The notes under the pieces are model-generated. The model ran no database searches. It was given only the letters and a program-made list of their open reading frames with translations, and was not told the origin of the DNA. 64,000 bases of DNA from Hydrolagus colliei. Taxonomy: Eukaryota. Each line of letters begins with the position of its first letter. The stretch's first letter is position 1. The stretch covers positions 11,284,001-11,348,000 of the forward strand of contig CM068755.1 of assembly GCA_035084275.1 (NCBI GenBank), written 5' to 3'. This document shows, in pieces, positions 36,998 to 50,402 of this stretch. Position numbers and translations under genes: made by a program.

Positions 36998-39709
36998 TTA
37001 CCTAGAAGAATAACATCAACTCTTCATTTCAGTACTGAGGTGCATGAAGGAGAAATCACTTGGACGATTTGATAGATTAGTCTTCAAAAGTAGTTAAAAT
37101 AAGAACAACTTCAGGGGGATATAGACAATTGGTCCATCTTGTTTAACATCTAATTTCCCCCAATTTCTTTTAGTCTAAATGCTAGATTGGTGAACGTTGT
37201 GAACTCAGTTCTTGGTAGCCTCAGAGTGGACATTAATCACAACCCTGGTGGGGATTAGGGTGTAAGAAGCGAATACATAATAAGATACAGATTGACATTT
37301 TTGGAAACATAGCTGTTGAATTTCACTGATACAGAATGTAACAACAATATGGACAGGACAGAAGTGAGGTTGGTATTCCACAACAGCCCCCCACCCCCAC
37401 CCACCCGCTCTCACTTTCCCCTTCCCATTACATTACATTTTGAGAATAAAGATTGCCTGCACTGCCTTCATGTTGTCTTAAGTGCACGACTTTGGCCCGT
37501 GGATACTTTTGCAGATGTTGTAAGTACTGTTGCTTGATTTCCTATCAGGAAACCCCTTTGTAAAACGTGCACTCCATTCAGATAACTATAGGCAAACTGA
37601 AGCGGACCCACGTGGGTAAATGTGTATCGTGGCCAAGAATTGAACTGAACTTAATTCCCCTACCTGAAACTCCAGCCTGGTAATCTTTTACCCATTGGGT
37701 TCTACTTTCCCAGATTTTACTTAAAGCAAAGGCTGCTCTTCACAAAATCATTACTGTCAAATATGTACAAATACTTTTCTAGCGTTCTGAAGAATGTGGT
37801 TAAGCTGTGTGCTTCCAAACTGTTACTGTTCACGTTAGTGAGTTTGTTTGGTGCATATAGAAATTATTCAGTCATGCAGTTTATCAGATCAACTGTCTGC
37901 TTCGACAATACCCAAAAGATCTTGAATGATGTCTTGAAGGTGTATTGAATTCTGCCCTAGAAATATGAAGGTAATGAATGCACCTTGTACGAATGTGAAG
38001 CTGATTTAAGTATTTCCTTATTTTTTTGACTGGAATCTATAGAAAAAGGTTAATAAAAGCCGAATTTTAAATCATGCTGACTGTCACTAAACCAGCTTTC
38101 CCTTGCTCCTTCTGAGAAAGGACCAGGCCTCTGTTTACACCTCCCTGCAGTTGTGCAGTGTATAGAGGACGGTGGACCTGAATGTGTACTCGATATAAGA
38201 ATTTGTTTTGGGGAAAATATATATTTATTTAAGGTACATTTCTTCTCCGCACACAGATTGTACATTTGGGCTATTTGCCATTTCTTGCTCACATGATACT
38301 CATGTCTCTTTGGGTTACTTAATTGTGTGCTTTGCTGTGATTTATTTATATTCCCTTCATATTTTGTTTTATATTCCCTATAATCTTAAGTCTCATTTAC
38401 TATTTCATCCTGCTTGGCCAAACTCAACCTCCTTAATCTCCTTTATTTTAAGGTCTTTTCTGCCCTATGATATATCCAGTGATTTACTTTAATTTAAAGA
38501 AGCATTTATTTGCTCCTTCCATAACAACTACTCACCCAAACGCTGAAGTGGACAAATGAGGTATGCAACAAAAGCATGTTTCACAAGCTATCCAATATCA
38601 TGACATAAACTTTCTCCATCAATCGAGGAATTTAATAGTCTGGCACCAATTTTGTAGACTGGAATAGTGGGCACAATGTTCAGCCGCCAATAGAGTGTGA
38701 AGAACCTGTAACATATCATAGAATTCTTTAATAATATAGGAGCAAATAAAAAAATATTGAAGTTGCAGAAATATAGAACCAAACAATAATCTGCTTTTGA
38801 AGCAAGTATTAGAAATGGTGTCATTTGACATTCAAAAGTTGGTTAATTAAAATGTGGCAAGTTTCCCTGGGGGTATGACATTTACTGAAATAGCAACAAT
38901 CAAATGACAGAGTAAAGGAACCTCATCTGGAGTTTTCAAATGCATTGCTGTTTAACAGTCTTCCAGATAATGTTATACACTTAGAAGTGGCAAAAACATA
39001 AATCGTGCAATAGAGCTCAAACATAGATTAAAAGCCGTCTATCACTATTTAAAATAGAAGTTTAAGATATTCTAAAGATTTTTATTTATAAACTGGTAAA
39101 TAAATTAACATGCCAGATAGCAACGGTTATAATGGGTCATGGGTGGCAAAACTATTTGCTTAAAAGAGAATGATGCTTATTAGTATGAAACACAATAACT
39201 CAAATTTATAAATAAATGAGAAAAATAGTGGCTTTTGATACAAAAACTCATCTGTAGTCAATGAGATGAAAAGGCTGCAGTAGCATATTAGCAGATAAAG
39301 TTAATGTGATTATGTATGCATCTGATTATCATATAATTCTCATTTGATTAATTACAGAACATACATGTATTTCAAACACAATTGCAACATAAATCAGAAC
39401 AATTGATAACACCAATTCTACACCAAATTATACACTTAAAATTATTTTAAAAGTACAAGTGCTTTCAATTCTGCTTACAAGTTGTCTCTTTTTACCAAAC
39501 ACTCTCTCTCTTCTTTTTTTGGTGAAGAATTGTAACTAAATTTTTGTCTTCTTTCTCTTTATCTATTTTTACTTTCTGCTTTCAACATCAAGTTATGAAA
39601 TCTCCTTCACTTACAAATGCTTTGGTCGTGCTATTCTAAATTAATGGGAGCAGAATAACTAACTGGTTTTCTACATATTGAAAAAAAATCATGATGAACA
39701 TGTAGAGTC

Positions 39710-40057
39710 TCCTGCTGACGTGAAAAGTGCTATACAAGTATAAGTTTGTTGTTGTTGGTTAGAGCACTCACCTTATAAGTGGGAGACCTGAGTTTGATTC
39801 TCTGCAGAGCGAAATCTTGGGCAAGTTTCCTTACTCCACACGTCTGATAATAATCTTTCAAGAGACAAAACCAAACCAAATTGTGCACTTCAATCCACAA
39901 TGGTTTGTGCGACACTGATATGTGTAATTGGTTGGCACATTTTGCCCACGAATATACAGTCAATTCACTTTACAATCTATTCTGTGAAGCACTTTGAGAC
40001 GTCAAGAAGACATGAAAAGAACTACATCAATTGCAAGGATTCTTATTATCATCATCA
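39710..40057 (+). mobile_element. L2 3' tail stub (39710-39756) fused to a tRNA-SINE (39757-40057)
   Basis: ctcctgctgacgtgaaaagtgctatacaagtataagtttgttgttgtt runs directly into ggttagagcactcacc…gagtttgattctc and the family body. Confidence 0.85.
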
Positions 40058-41789
40058 ATACAAAGCTTCTTGCAAAATCAGCTTTCAAATAAAATTTTAA
40101 AACTTACCAATTAATAATCCTTGGATTTCATATAGCACCTTTCACATCAGGAGAATTTCTCAAAGCAAGGTTCATTGAAAAATGGATTCACTGTAATTTG
40201 TAATAATTTTACAAAGTTTCTTTTTAATATGTTGAGGATTATGACACACTGACAAATATATTCCATGTTGGTTTTTCACTTACACTTAACTTGACATGTT
40301 GATTAGCAAGGAAAGATGATTGGAACTTTTCCATCTGAAAAAGTTTTTAAGCATAATAATATACCCAGTTTTAAATGTCATTGAGACATAGCATGACCAA
40401 TCAAGCAATATAACTTAAATAAAGATTAAATAGAGAATAAACTCCTGGGAGTAAACTGCTTGAGAGGTTTCAGATGAAATTACAAGATTTATATTCAAAT
40501 ATCACTCAAACCCTGAGATTAGTTTCCAACGTTTTCCTCACCCAGGTGTTCAAGAATCCTAACTGTAGTAAATGGCAATCACAAAGAGGTTTATATTCAT
40601 GTGAGGTATTATTACTTTTGTTTTATTGGAAAAAAACTGGAGTAGATTACCGAAACATTTTATAACTAGTATCTATTTCAGTAAGAAATACCCGAGTTCC
40701 GAACTATAGAAAAACATTGAATATAACACATTAACCAGATGGTACATCTTTAAATAGTTTTATCACACAGTGAAAACTTTTCATACTTTGAAACCCGCCT
40801 TTGGGACTGGTTTCAGGTGTTTGTTATGGACAGATGTGTACAGGACTCTGGCCAGACATTTCCTGTTGCAATCACTTTCTCCTTAAAAGTAGGGTAGCCT
40901 GTGGAAAAAAGGACATTGCCAAAATAGAAGCAGAAAACAGCACAGATACACTGGTATTTAAACAAACCAAGGGTGTCTCTACAGGCCCAAGTTACAAAGG
41001 TTCAAAACTAAAATGTGGCTGAACAAGAAAGTACAATCATTGTCCTTACAATTAGATTTGTAGTCGAGCTAAATTCTATTTGTGGCAGTGTTAGCTATTC
41101 TGTTTTCATTCTGCTTTAGTAATCTATTTTTGCTTCTTTCTGTATCCAATTGCCCAGAAAATATAGTTTGCATTACATCATGCCTTTATCTTCAAAGGAT
41201 CCAGTTGCACTGCGGGTTTGATTTTCTTTGAATATGTCACTGATGAGCACTTGAACAGATCCTTCATGAATATTATTGTCGATTTCAACTGCATTAAACT
41301 TTACTACATGCTCATGTCAGGCTATTTCACTGTCATGAGGAATTGCTGCTTGGATAACCATTTACATTCATTACTGTTCTTAGATTGCATCTGGCCCCAC
41401 TCTTGTCAAAAATAAATTACAAAAAGTGAAATGTTAATTGCCACAGCTTCTCCCGCCTCCACCCTCCCCCCCCCCCCCCCCCCTCCACCAACCACCAACA
41501 TAAATCATTGGTGAAAGGGAAATTCCACCATAAAGCAGTTGTTTGCATCCACACAATCGCAACCCACTTGATAAGTGAGTGCACTAAACAGCTACCACAA
41601 GTCGGTGCTTCTGTGTTCATAACACTGAGGTGTGGTGCGCTGGGCATGTGCACAAAAAGTTTGCCAACAAACTCATGAGTAATGTCCTGCATTGCTCAAG
41701 GTATTTGTAAGATTTGCAATCAAATCTGCCAGCACTGTTCTCATGATAAAAGGAATCTCATATTTCCATAATAACAAAGTGTTGCTCCA

Positions 41790-41907
41790 TTCCCATCCCG
41801 TCCTGTAAGTGGGTAGCCGTTTCTACCCATTAGCCACTCTTCTATCTATGCTAATATGTTCCCATTAATCCATGGGCCTTGAAGGTATTATGATGGGGTG
41901 CCTTATA
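41790..41907 (-). mobile_element. Old CR1 RT fragment
   Basis: agccactcttctatctatgctaatatgttccc…ccatgggcctt…gtgccttat resembles the reverse complement of the CR1 RT region DKVPH…HG…I.WIE.WL (recalled, not aligned). Confidence 0.4.
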
Positions 41908-41908
41908 T

Positions 41909-42965
41909 CATAAGAACATAAGAATTCGGAACAGGAGTAGGCCATTCGGCCCCTCGAGCCTGCCCCGTCATTTGATAAGATCATGGCTGATCTTCTGACC
42001 TAACTCTAATTACCTGCCCTATCCCTATATCCCCTAATCCCTCTATTTTTTTAAAAAAATCTGTCAGTCTCAGCCTTGAAAATGTTTAAGGACTGAGCAT
42101 CTAGAGCCTTTTGGGTTAGTGAATTCCATAAATTCACTACCCTATGAGTGAAGAAATGTTTCCTCAACTCTGTTCTAAAAGGCTGACCCTTAATTTTAAG
42201 ATTATGACCCCTATTTATTCGCGTAGCCTGGACATTTGTCCCAGCCCTGTTTATGTGGAGACCATTCGTTTGGAATAGCTTCTGTCTCCCCCAATACTTG
42301 TGCTAGTGGCCTACAAATCGGAACCCCTGCCCTCCGCACCACTCTTTTAGCCAGGCATTCAGATCCATGATCTTCTTTTGCCTGTACCAATTAGCCCCTG
42401 GTTTGGGTAACAGTCCCGATATTAACACCTTTGACGTTCTATTTTTTAGAATAACTCCCAATTCCTGGAACTTGCTCCTTAACTTGTCCCCATCGGTCCT
42501 ACCTATATAATTGGCCCCTATATGAATAATTACAATTGGATCCCTCCTGCTTCAAATTTTTCTCTAGGCTGGCAGTAACATCCTTCATCCTGGCCCCAGG
42601 AAGACAATATAGTCTTCTTGTCTCCCTGCTATGGCTACAGAAAAGTGCATCGGTCTTCCTGACTGTCTCATTCCCAATTACAACCACATTTCTTTTGACC
42701 GTTCCTTTTTGTGTGGCCTCCTGTATAGAGGTGTTGGGGTCAGTTTGCCCATCTTCCTCAAATATTCAGGTTGCAAGTGTTTCATACCTGTCAGACGAGG
42801 CTAAAGCCTGGGGTTCCTCTGCCCCTCTCTTTGGGTCCCCTTACCTGCCCTTCTGACTGTCACCCAGTTCTGTCCGTGGCTGGTATATGTTTGTTTCTTG
42901 GGATTTAGGATGCTCTCCATTAACTCCCACATGCCACATTCCTCACGCATCACCTGCCAGACCAT
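41909..42965 (-). mobile_element. Internally deleted CR1 LINE: ORF1 (N-terminal Cys remnant and SGNH esterase) joined to ORF2 C-terminus and 3' tail
   Basis: Tail (TTCTTATG)2 at 41909-41924 with the ggccattcggcccctcgagcctgc 3'UTR. ORF2 end RGHNLKIKGQPFRTELRKHFFTHRVVNLWNSL. ORF1 pieces MVWQVMREECGMWE (ATG 42965), WVTVRR, VVIGNETVRKTD…CLPGARMKDV, IHIGANY, LNAWLKEWC and NGLHINRAG, with stops and frameshifts. Confidence 0.88.
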
Positions 42966-43261
42966 TCTCTTCTCTCACTATCCTTTTCCTTATAGTAATA
43001 TTGTTAGAAGATATACAACCTAGCACCTACGTCCCCCTCTGCACCTTATCCCTTATATCCCTTATGTTCCCAAATGTAAAACTATATACTGTATAGTTTC
43101 TTGTTATTACCGTAAAAAGCACGTAAGTCTGATCTGTATAAATTGTATGATTGTCTCTCATACATCTGCCCAAGTACCATTGAATTTCCTATAATTTATG
43201 CAAGTTTCACATAATTCATAAGTTATATGCGTCATATTAAATGTATGGTCCAAATGATACA

Positions 43262-43405
43262 AGAATAATTTGGTCACTCAATCCACGACTGTTTGTGGGA
43301 CACTGCTGTGCGCAAATGGCTGCTGCATTTTGCCCACAAATATACAGTCAATTCACTTTACAGTATATTCCGTGAAGTGCTTTCAACGCAAAGATTATAA
43401 TTATT
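43262..43405 (+). mobile_element. tRNA-SINE 3' half
   Basis: ttggtcactcaatccacgactgtttgtgggacactgctgtgcgcaaatggctgc…cagtatattccgtgaagtgcttt. Confidence 0.85.
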
Positions 43406-43974
43406 GTGCAACTTGTGTGAGGTTTATTGATTATAATAGACTGTTCGAATTATTGAAACTATAAAATGTAAGCTCCCATCAGATAAATCTGACAGCTAAT
43501 GGAAGTGGCATTGGTGATACTGGCTTTTCCCCAGGTTTTTCAGTACTTTGGATGTCAATACCAGAAAACAAATTGGATAGGAACATATCATTGTTGGCAT
43601 GAGTACAGCAGTAATAGTGATAATCCTCAGCAATGCTGCCAGAAAATACAGAATTAAAGATGATGATTAGTGAGTCTTAGCCAAATATTTGTTGTATCAT
43701 GATATAAAGATGTCCTAAAGAGTGTCCTAAAATAATAAAATCTTGGTTTTGGTATTTTTACAATAAGTTGGTTGTGTTGAATGATGGATTTTGGATGATT
43801 TAATTTTTTTTCTTAAATAGCCAGCAGCTTATTCTGCTGTTTTCTTGACATGTAGAGAAGCTATTATCATAAGTTCATAACATCATGACTATTTATGGCA
43901 AGAATCCAGTTCGAAAACATTATCTTAAATTTGCAAAAGCAATTTTAACAATGCCAAATTGTACTTGATATGTC

Positions 43975-44080
43975 ACCTACAAAATACAGTCACTCTATTT
44001 TACACTAAATCCTGCAAAGCGCTTTGAGACATTTTCCTGATGCAAAAGGCATTATATCAGATATACGGATCATTATTCTT
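43975..44080 (+). mobile_element. Degenerate SINE 3' end
   Basis: aaatacagtcactc…ctgcaaagcgctttgagacattttcctgatgcaaaaggcattatatcagat. Confidence 0.6.
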
Positions 44081-44442
44081 ATTTTATTCTGTGTGTTCTC
44101 TATAAGCCTAACATCTTGTTGCTATTTTAATTTGCGATTTGGGACAAACAAGAAAAAAGAAGAACATTTCTAATTTTTACAGAATTTTTATAACAATACA
44201 ATAAAAACAATAAATAGCTTGAAATAGATTGGTTATTTCCTCAGCAGATGCAATAAAAATATTAACAGCAAATAAAACTTGAAACTTGGGGAATTTCCAT
44301 CAATTTACGCAAACATCAGGTAAATAAACATCCTTCACTCCAATTATACATGATGTCAATGTGGCAAAAATGGTACTGAGCTTTCTTAGTTCTTTTAACA
44401 CATTAAACATTTTTAAATCTTTCTGCATCTCCTCTGAAGCTC

Positions 44443-44523
44443 ACAGTATATTCTGAGAAGCACTTTGAGACATCCAGAAAAACGTCTCTAAACGCTGCAT
44501 CAAACGCAAGTATTATTATTATT
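44443..44523 (+). mobile_element. SINE 3' tail
   Basis: acagtatattctgagaagcactttgagacatcc…catcaaacgcaagtattattattatt. Confidence 0.7.
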
Positions 44524-45953
44524 CATCTTGCATTTATAAACTTTATTTAACTTTTCGAAAAGAAATAAAAGGAACCCAAATTAACTTTTATTATTTGTGC
44601 TCCTCTGAACAGTACGGTACATTGGCAAGCTAGCCCTTCTCTCCACAATCTAACCTTCTTCCCCTAACAATGAGCACATTAAGTATCATATTTTGACATA
44701 GAATCTTTATTTTGTTGACCTTGGAGTGTTGCCTCAAATCTTGCTGTCAATTTCTGTCACTGTCAAATTATAGGAAAAGGTGAGGGTGAGCAAAGGGGGA
44801 AGAGAGAGAGAGAGAGAATATTCTCAGAGATTTCCAAGCTTAAGGAAGAAAGGAACAGGTTAATAAAGGAATAAACAGACTTAATTAAAGCAACCATTTA
44901 AAAATGCAGACTTTAAGGAGAAAACATTTAGAAGCCACAAGGCTGGAAAACACACTTGCACCTAACAATTTTGTGCCAGATTTTTTAATCTATAGATTAA
45001 ATTCTTGCCTGCCATTATAAATTTACAATTAATTCTACAACAATGAGAGCATTTCAATGATTCCTTTCAGAATTTCAGCTTTTCCATAATAACCTGTAAA
45101 TTTGGAAGACAGGTTCAGAAATCTGAAGACATTTTCTTATTGTCACCAGTATGAAACAGTCAACAAAGACAACATAAAAAAAAGACTCTGAAGACAGGCT
45201 GAATGCTACGAGCTCAGAAGCAGAGACATATCTAGCTATAATAAAGCTTTAATGAACAAAAACAATGTAAATATACAAAGAGAAATAAACACAAAGGGGT
45301 GAAATGCATCTTCCCCAACAAACATAAAGAGGACTTGCTGAAAACAAGAGAAGTTTGGCAGAGTGCCTCACATGAGTAGGATGTTGTGAAGATTTTATTT
45401 TTGATAACTACATCCTGTATAGGAAAAGATAAGTATGCTGTATACCATGGCAGATTTCAACCTTTATGCTTTTGTCATCCGAGAGATGTACTTCAGTTGC
45501 TTTAACAAAAACATTTCACAGTGTAATACTTTACAAACAGAAACGATGCAATCTTTTCTCTTTACTATTTATAATTTTATGCTTTGACAATTTTCTGCTG
45601 TGGTTTTCGAAGGTGATAAATATTAGTGCCGGAGAATTTAAAACAGATTCAACATCAAGCATTCTCAGGTTAGGTCGAGCATAACATAAAACTCCCCCCA
45701 AATCTTAACTTTCATCTTGATCTTAACCTGAACCTTGCTCCATCAGTGTGAAGTGTTTCATTTCCTTTACAGTATTGGCACATTTATTTCTTCAGCGAGA
45801 CTCCTAATCTGTGCCAAATTTTGGGGGCAGTTTGGCACTGGGTGATTGCACTCAAAACAGGAGGATCGAGGCCACTAAGGTTTAGACTGTTCAATTTATT
45901 TCACTTCAGTACCTTTGGATCCAGTAGAGAAAACAAAGAATTATATCCCTTTC

Positions 45954-46025
45954 CAGCGCCTTGGGACGTCCTCCTGACGTGAAAGGCGCTATACAAATGT
46001 GATTTTGTTGTATTGTGTTATTGTT
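45954..46025 (+). mobile_element. Isolated L2 3' stem-loop and tail
   Basis: cagcgccttgggacgtcctcctgacgtgaaaggcgctatacaaatgtgattttgttg, nearly identical to the 3' end of the 7.7-kb L2. Confidence 0.85.
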
Positions 46026-46786
46026 TCCTATGGTCTGAGTTTCAGGAAGAGTCCAAGAGAGTAAAGACTATTATTTCCACACACAATTATGCACAAATTC
46101 TCCCCAGCTTCTCACTGTTATGTGCATTTTGATCATTCTACTGCAGCACATCCATACAGACTATTGTGCTGGACTTTACCTGGGACATGATGACAGGTTA
46201 TTAGTACAGATCAATCGTGCTGGTGGTTAAATTTTCTATAGAGGTGGGATCTTTCTGTAATATTTATTTACGCAAATTGTTACCAGCTCTCAACGTTTAT
46301 TCCTGATATCGTAGTCTTGTTAAACTTGTTGTTGCTGATCAACCAGTTGGAATTAGCTGTGTATCTATCTCTATCTATCCCTCTAAACATTATACATTAA
46401 CCAAGTAAAAACCTCTTAAATGATATCTTTATAATGGGATTCAATTCTTAAATGCAGTTCTTCTTACTTTTGCTGACTGATGCTGATGTTGCATTTTTAC
46501 AATATGTAACTATATATTATATATACTATATTATAGAAATGATTTATGATATGCACAAGTGGCTGTTATGTGCAAATAATAGTTTCACATTTATAGAAGC
46601 AATGCTGTTGCATATAGCATATATGAATATTAAATAGGCATATATTTAAAGTTGCTGAACTTACAATACAATAAATAGGTCTCTGATGTTCTGAATAAGT
46701 TATGAGATAGCGTCAATTATAAACGTGCATAAGATAATTTTTGCAAATAAACTCATCAACCCCTCTCCATTTATTCTCCCTTCTCT

Positions 46787-46855
46787 GTGCCTTGGTACGC
46801 CCTCCCGATGTGAAAGGCGCTCTACAAATGTAATTTTGTTTTTGTTGTTATTTTG
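46787..46855 (+). mobile_element. Isolated L2 3' stem-loop and tail
   Basis: gtgccttggtacgccctcccgatgtgaaaggcgctctacaaatgtaattttgtttttgttgtt. Confidence 0.8.
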
Positions 46856-47824
46856 TGACCATCAAGGCAAAGAACATTAGTCTGAGGAAATGGAACAGCA
46901 CCATTTTGAAAGAAATGGGGGTTTCTTCTGCTTTCCCAGCCCAAAAGCCTCCAGATATTTTTTTTTAAAATGGTCTTTGGAGATTGCAACTTTACAATGA
47001 AGTGATAGGATACAGACTTGATTCTCAAACTCAGTTTTCAGCAATGACGTATTGCCAGTTACAGGCAGAATTCCCTGTAGAGATCGACAGGGAATCTTGT
47101 CATTTAATTTACTAGAGAGTCAGTGTGCATGTGAACATATTGTGTTATATTTTGCTATTGCCATAATATCTGAAAATGGTATGGTCTTACGGCAATTCTC
47201 GTTCATGAAGTCTGTCGAACAAATACATTCCAGACTTTTCTCTTGAACATATCAACCACTGCCTCTCCATATAGAATCAGAATTCTGGGGGAACACCAGC
47301 TGTTGCTCTTTTTGCCCTTCTGTTATGCGCTACTATTGCCTTTGAACAAAGACCCAGTGGTAATTGAGACACGGTGATTTCGTCCATGGAAAATGCTCCC
47401 TGTAGTATATTTACATCATTGTAATTTGCACAACCCTGTCCTTTCCACATTTATCATCTTGCTGGTTGCAGGTACATATTTACAACTGAATGTCTCCGTA
47501 GTATGCTTGTGTCCTGTCCTACCGTACACCTTTATGAATGCATTTTCTTGGTACTTGGTGCATTTTGTTCGGAACCTGCGGCCAGCTCCTTCACGAAGTC
47601 GAGTCAGCGTTCCTGCTGTTTGTAGTATATTACACATTTGCTTGCATGCTGCTGATCTATTTTCCCCACCTACAACATGCCGGTGCCCATACTCCACAGC
47701 TGGATTAACAGCGGTTTTGTAATTAGAAGCCAAAATTGGATTGTTCAGGTGCTTGAGCAATGTGAAATAAAACCTAGCAATAAGTGGGAACCTGGTTGTT
47801 AGTTGATTGGTGGATCGCTTTCCG

Positions 47825-48022
47825 GGGGTAATAATCCTTTAGAAAAACAGCAATTTGGTTACGCAATCCCCGACTGTTTGTGGGACACTGCTATGTGCAA
47901 TTGGCTATTGCGTTTTGCCCTCAAAATATACAGTGAATTCACTTTACAGTATATTCTATGTAGCACTTTGAAGAGTCTCAACAACGTTCTAAGGCTCTAT
48001 ATTAAACACAAGTGTTATTATT
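47825..48022 (+). mobile_element. tRNA-SINE 3' two-thirds
   Basis: aataatcc…cgactgtttgtgggacactgctatgtgcaattggct…aattcactttacagtatattctatgtagcactttg. Confidence 0.85.
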
Positions 48023-49827
48023 CTTAAATACTGCTCACTGGTAGTGCTTCCTCAAATGCTATTATGATTTGTTGGCTTCTCATTTAATTGTATTGACATT
48101 CCTTCTGCAGGTAACTTTTGTCTATTTTTAATGAACAGATAAATGTTGTCTTCAATATCCTCTACAATATTATCTTTGACAATATTAACATCACGGTGAC
48201 AAATGTCAAAGTTCAGACACGACTCGCCATTAACTGAGCACTGTGGCGATCAACTGAGGTTGTGACTGTGTAGAAGCTATTTAACACTACAGTCCCATGA
48301 CTGATATAAGTTTGACATACTTGAATGGTTTATTGCATGCTTGTGTGCTATTACATGGAATTTCAGTGAGGCAAAGAATTCCTGGTTTGCAGTATTGTAC
48401 CAGTGTAAACAGTACTTGCAACGCAGAGCATAGATATTATCCTGAAACGAAAGAGCTTGCCATTGACATTCTATCATTTAATGCTGTGACTGACTGTCGC
48501 TGAAACATATTCAATTTAAACATTATCCCCTGCACTTAATTGCTTTATAATATTTTTCACTGAAAGTTTTTCTTCCACTTTTATATGATTCTCAAAAAAT
48601 TTACACTAGGCAAGTATCTTCAATACAATTTATGCTCAATGTTGAACAGCAAAAGAAATGTCAGCCCTCAATTTTGCTCACTTGGAAATGTAGTATTTTC
48701 AAGATGCTGAATAACTAAGTTGAGAGCAAGAAATAGTTTATAACTGGAGTTATGAAAGTAATCTTTGTGTTTGCGATAAACTGAACAAAACCAAACAAAA
48801 TCAGCCAATGGGCCAATTGTCAATGCCATTACCCATCGCAAAACAGAGTCATGTGAAACAATTAGTCACAACATTCTTTGTACCCTCGGGCGAGGGAGGA
48901 GAATAATTCATGGTTCTCTCTCCTGATTCACTACCACTAACTAGCCACCGGAAAGGATACGTGAGTTAGCTCCCGGAGAGCACAGGATCTTCTTTGACTC
49001 TGATCGTCTTTGGAAGGATTCTGACAGAATGACACTGTGCTCTAAGCAGATTGGTAAACAGAATTCAGCAGCATTGGACTAAAGCACTTCCCATGAAGGC
49101 AGAGCTAGGAGAGAGAGGGAGGGAGAGTGCTTGTGAAGAATTTAACCTTTGCCACCTAATGACAGTGTCAGTTGCAATTAATGGATTTCAAATGCCTGTC
49201 CCTGGGTTCACCAATCTTCGGCTGGGCAAAGTGTCATCTCAATGGTTAAGGAGCACAATGCCAGATTTGGCAGCATCGTGTCATCTTGGATTTCCAAAGT
49301 ATAGATTGGGCAAATCATATATCAATTAGATAATTAAGAATCCCTGTATCAAATGCAAAGTGGTGCTCTTAATTATAATATTGGCTATAATAACAGAATC
49401 ACCTGTAAGTATTTTCATTAGTGATTAATTGCATAATTATTGCATAAATAATTAATGAAAGTGTGTAAAGATGTTTATCCCATGAGCAATTTGGCCAACC
49501 TGCGTTTTTAACTCTCAACTCTTTATATTGAGTGGAATTATCGGAAAGGGTGAATCCATGCACTGATTGGCATATGTGTGTTGGTCTGTATTGCAGTAGC
49601 TTCGAAAGAAATAATTACCAAGCATAAAGTTTGGCTCCGTGACAGGACAAATTGTAACGTGACAGAAACTTCTGAGACTTGTTATTCCCGATTTGAAGAA
49701 ATGATTAATCTTGCTGGTATGAATCAAAATAAATTCTCTAAATCCACTTCATATTCTTAGATTAATATACCGGTAACCAAGAGGCTACACACAAATCAAG
49801 GCAGTTACAACACAACAAAATATCTAT

Positions 49828-50402
49828 AACAACAACAACAACAATAAAATTACATTTTTATAGACTGCCTTTCATGTCAGGAGGACGTCCCAAGGTGCTG
49901 AACAGTCAGGTCGGGACCTGAGCAAGGGAGAGAGGCAGGGTAGGGGGTAGACAAGAGAGGGAGCGAGGCGAAGGGACTGTGGAATGGAGTTCCAGAGTGT
50001 GGCGGCAGAGAGGCTCGAAGTCCGTCCGCCGATGGTAGGGGGACATGGAGCAGACAGGAGCCCACTGAACGTAGGGGGCGGGCAGGTTCATAGTGGGACA
50101 GCAGGTCAGAAAAATGGGTTGGGGGCAAGGCCGTGAATGGCCTTTAAAGTGAAGACAAGGATCTTGAATTTGATCCTCTGGGGATGGGGAGCCAATGGAG
50201 TCGGGCATGATGTGGGAATGATGTGGTCGCGGAGCTTGGCGAGGACACGAGCTGCAGAGTTCTGGATGATCTGCAACTTGTGAAGGGAAGAACCAGGAAG
50301 GCCGACGAGAAGGGAGTTTCCATAGTTGAGCCTTGTTTTGACAAATATGTGGATTAGGGTTTCGGCAGCCTGAGGGGTGAGGCAGTGGCGGAATCTGGCG
50401 AT
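49828..50402 (-). mobile_element. 5'-truncated L2 (ORF2 C-terminus, 3'UTR, tail)
   Basis: (AAC)n tail and hairpin at 49860-49900. Minus strand encodes IARFRHCLTPQAAETLIHIFVKTRLNYGNSLLVGLPGSSLHKLQIIQNSAARVL…RIKFKILVFTLKAIHGLAP. Confidence 0.9.
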
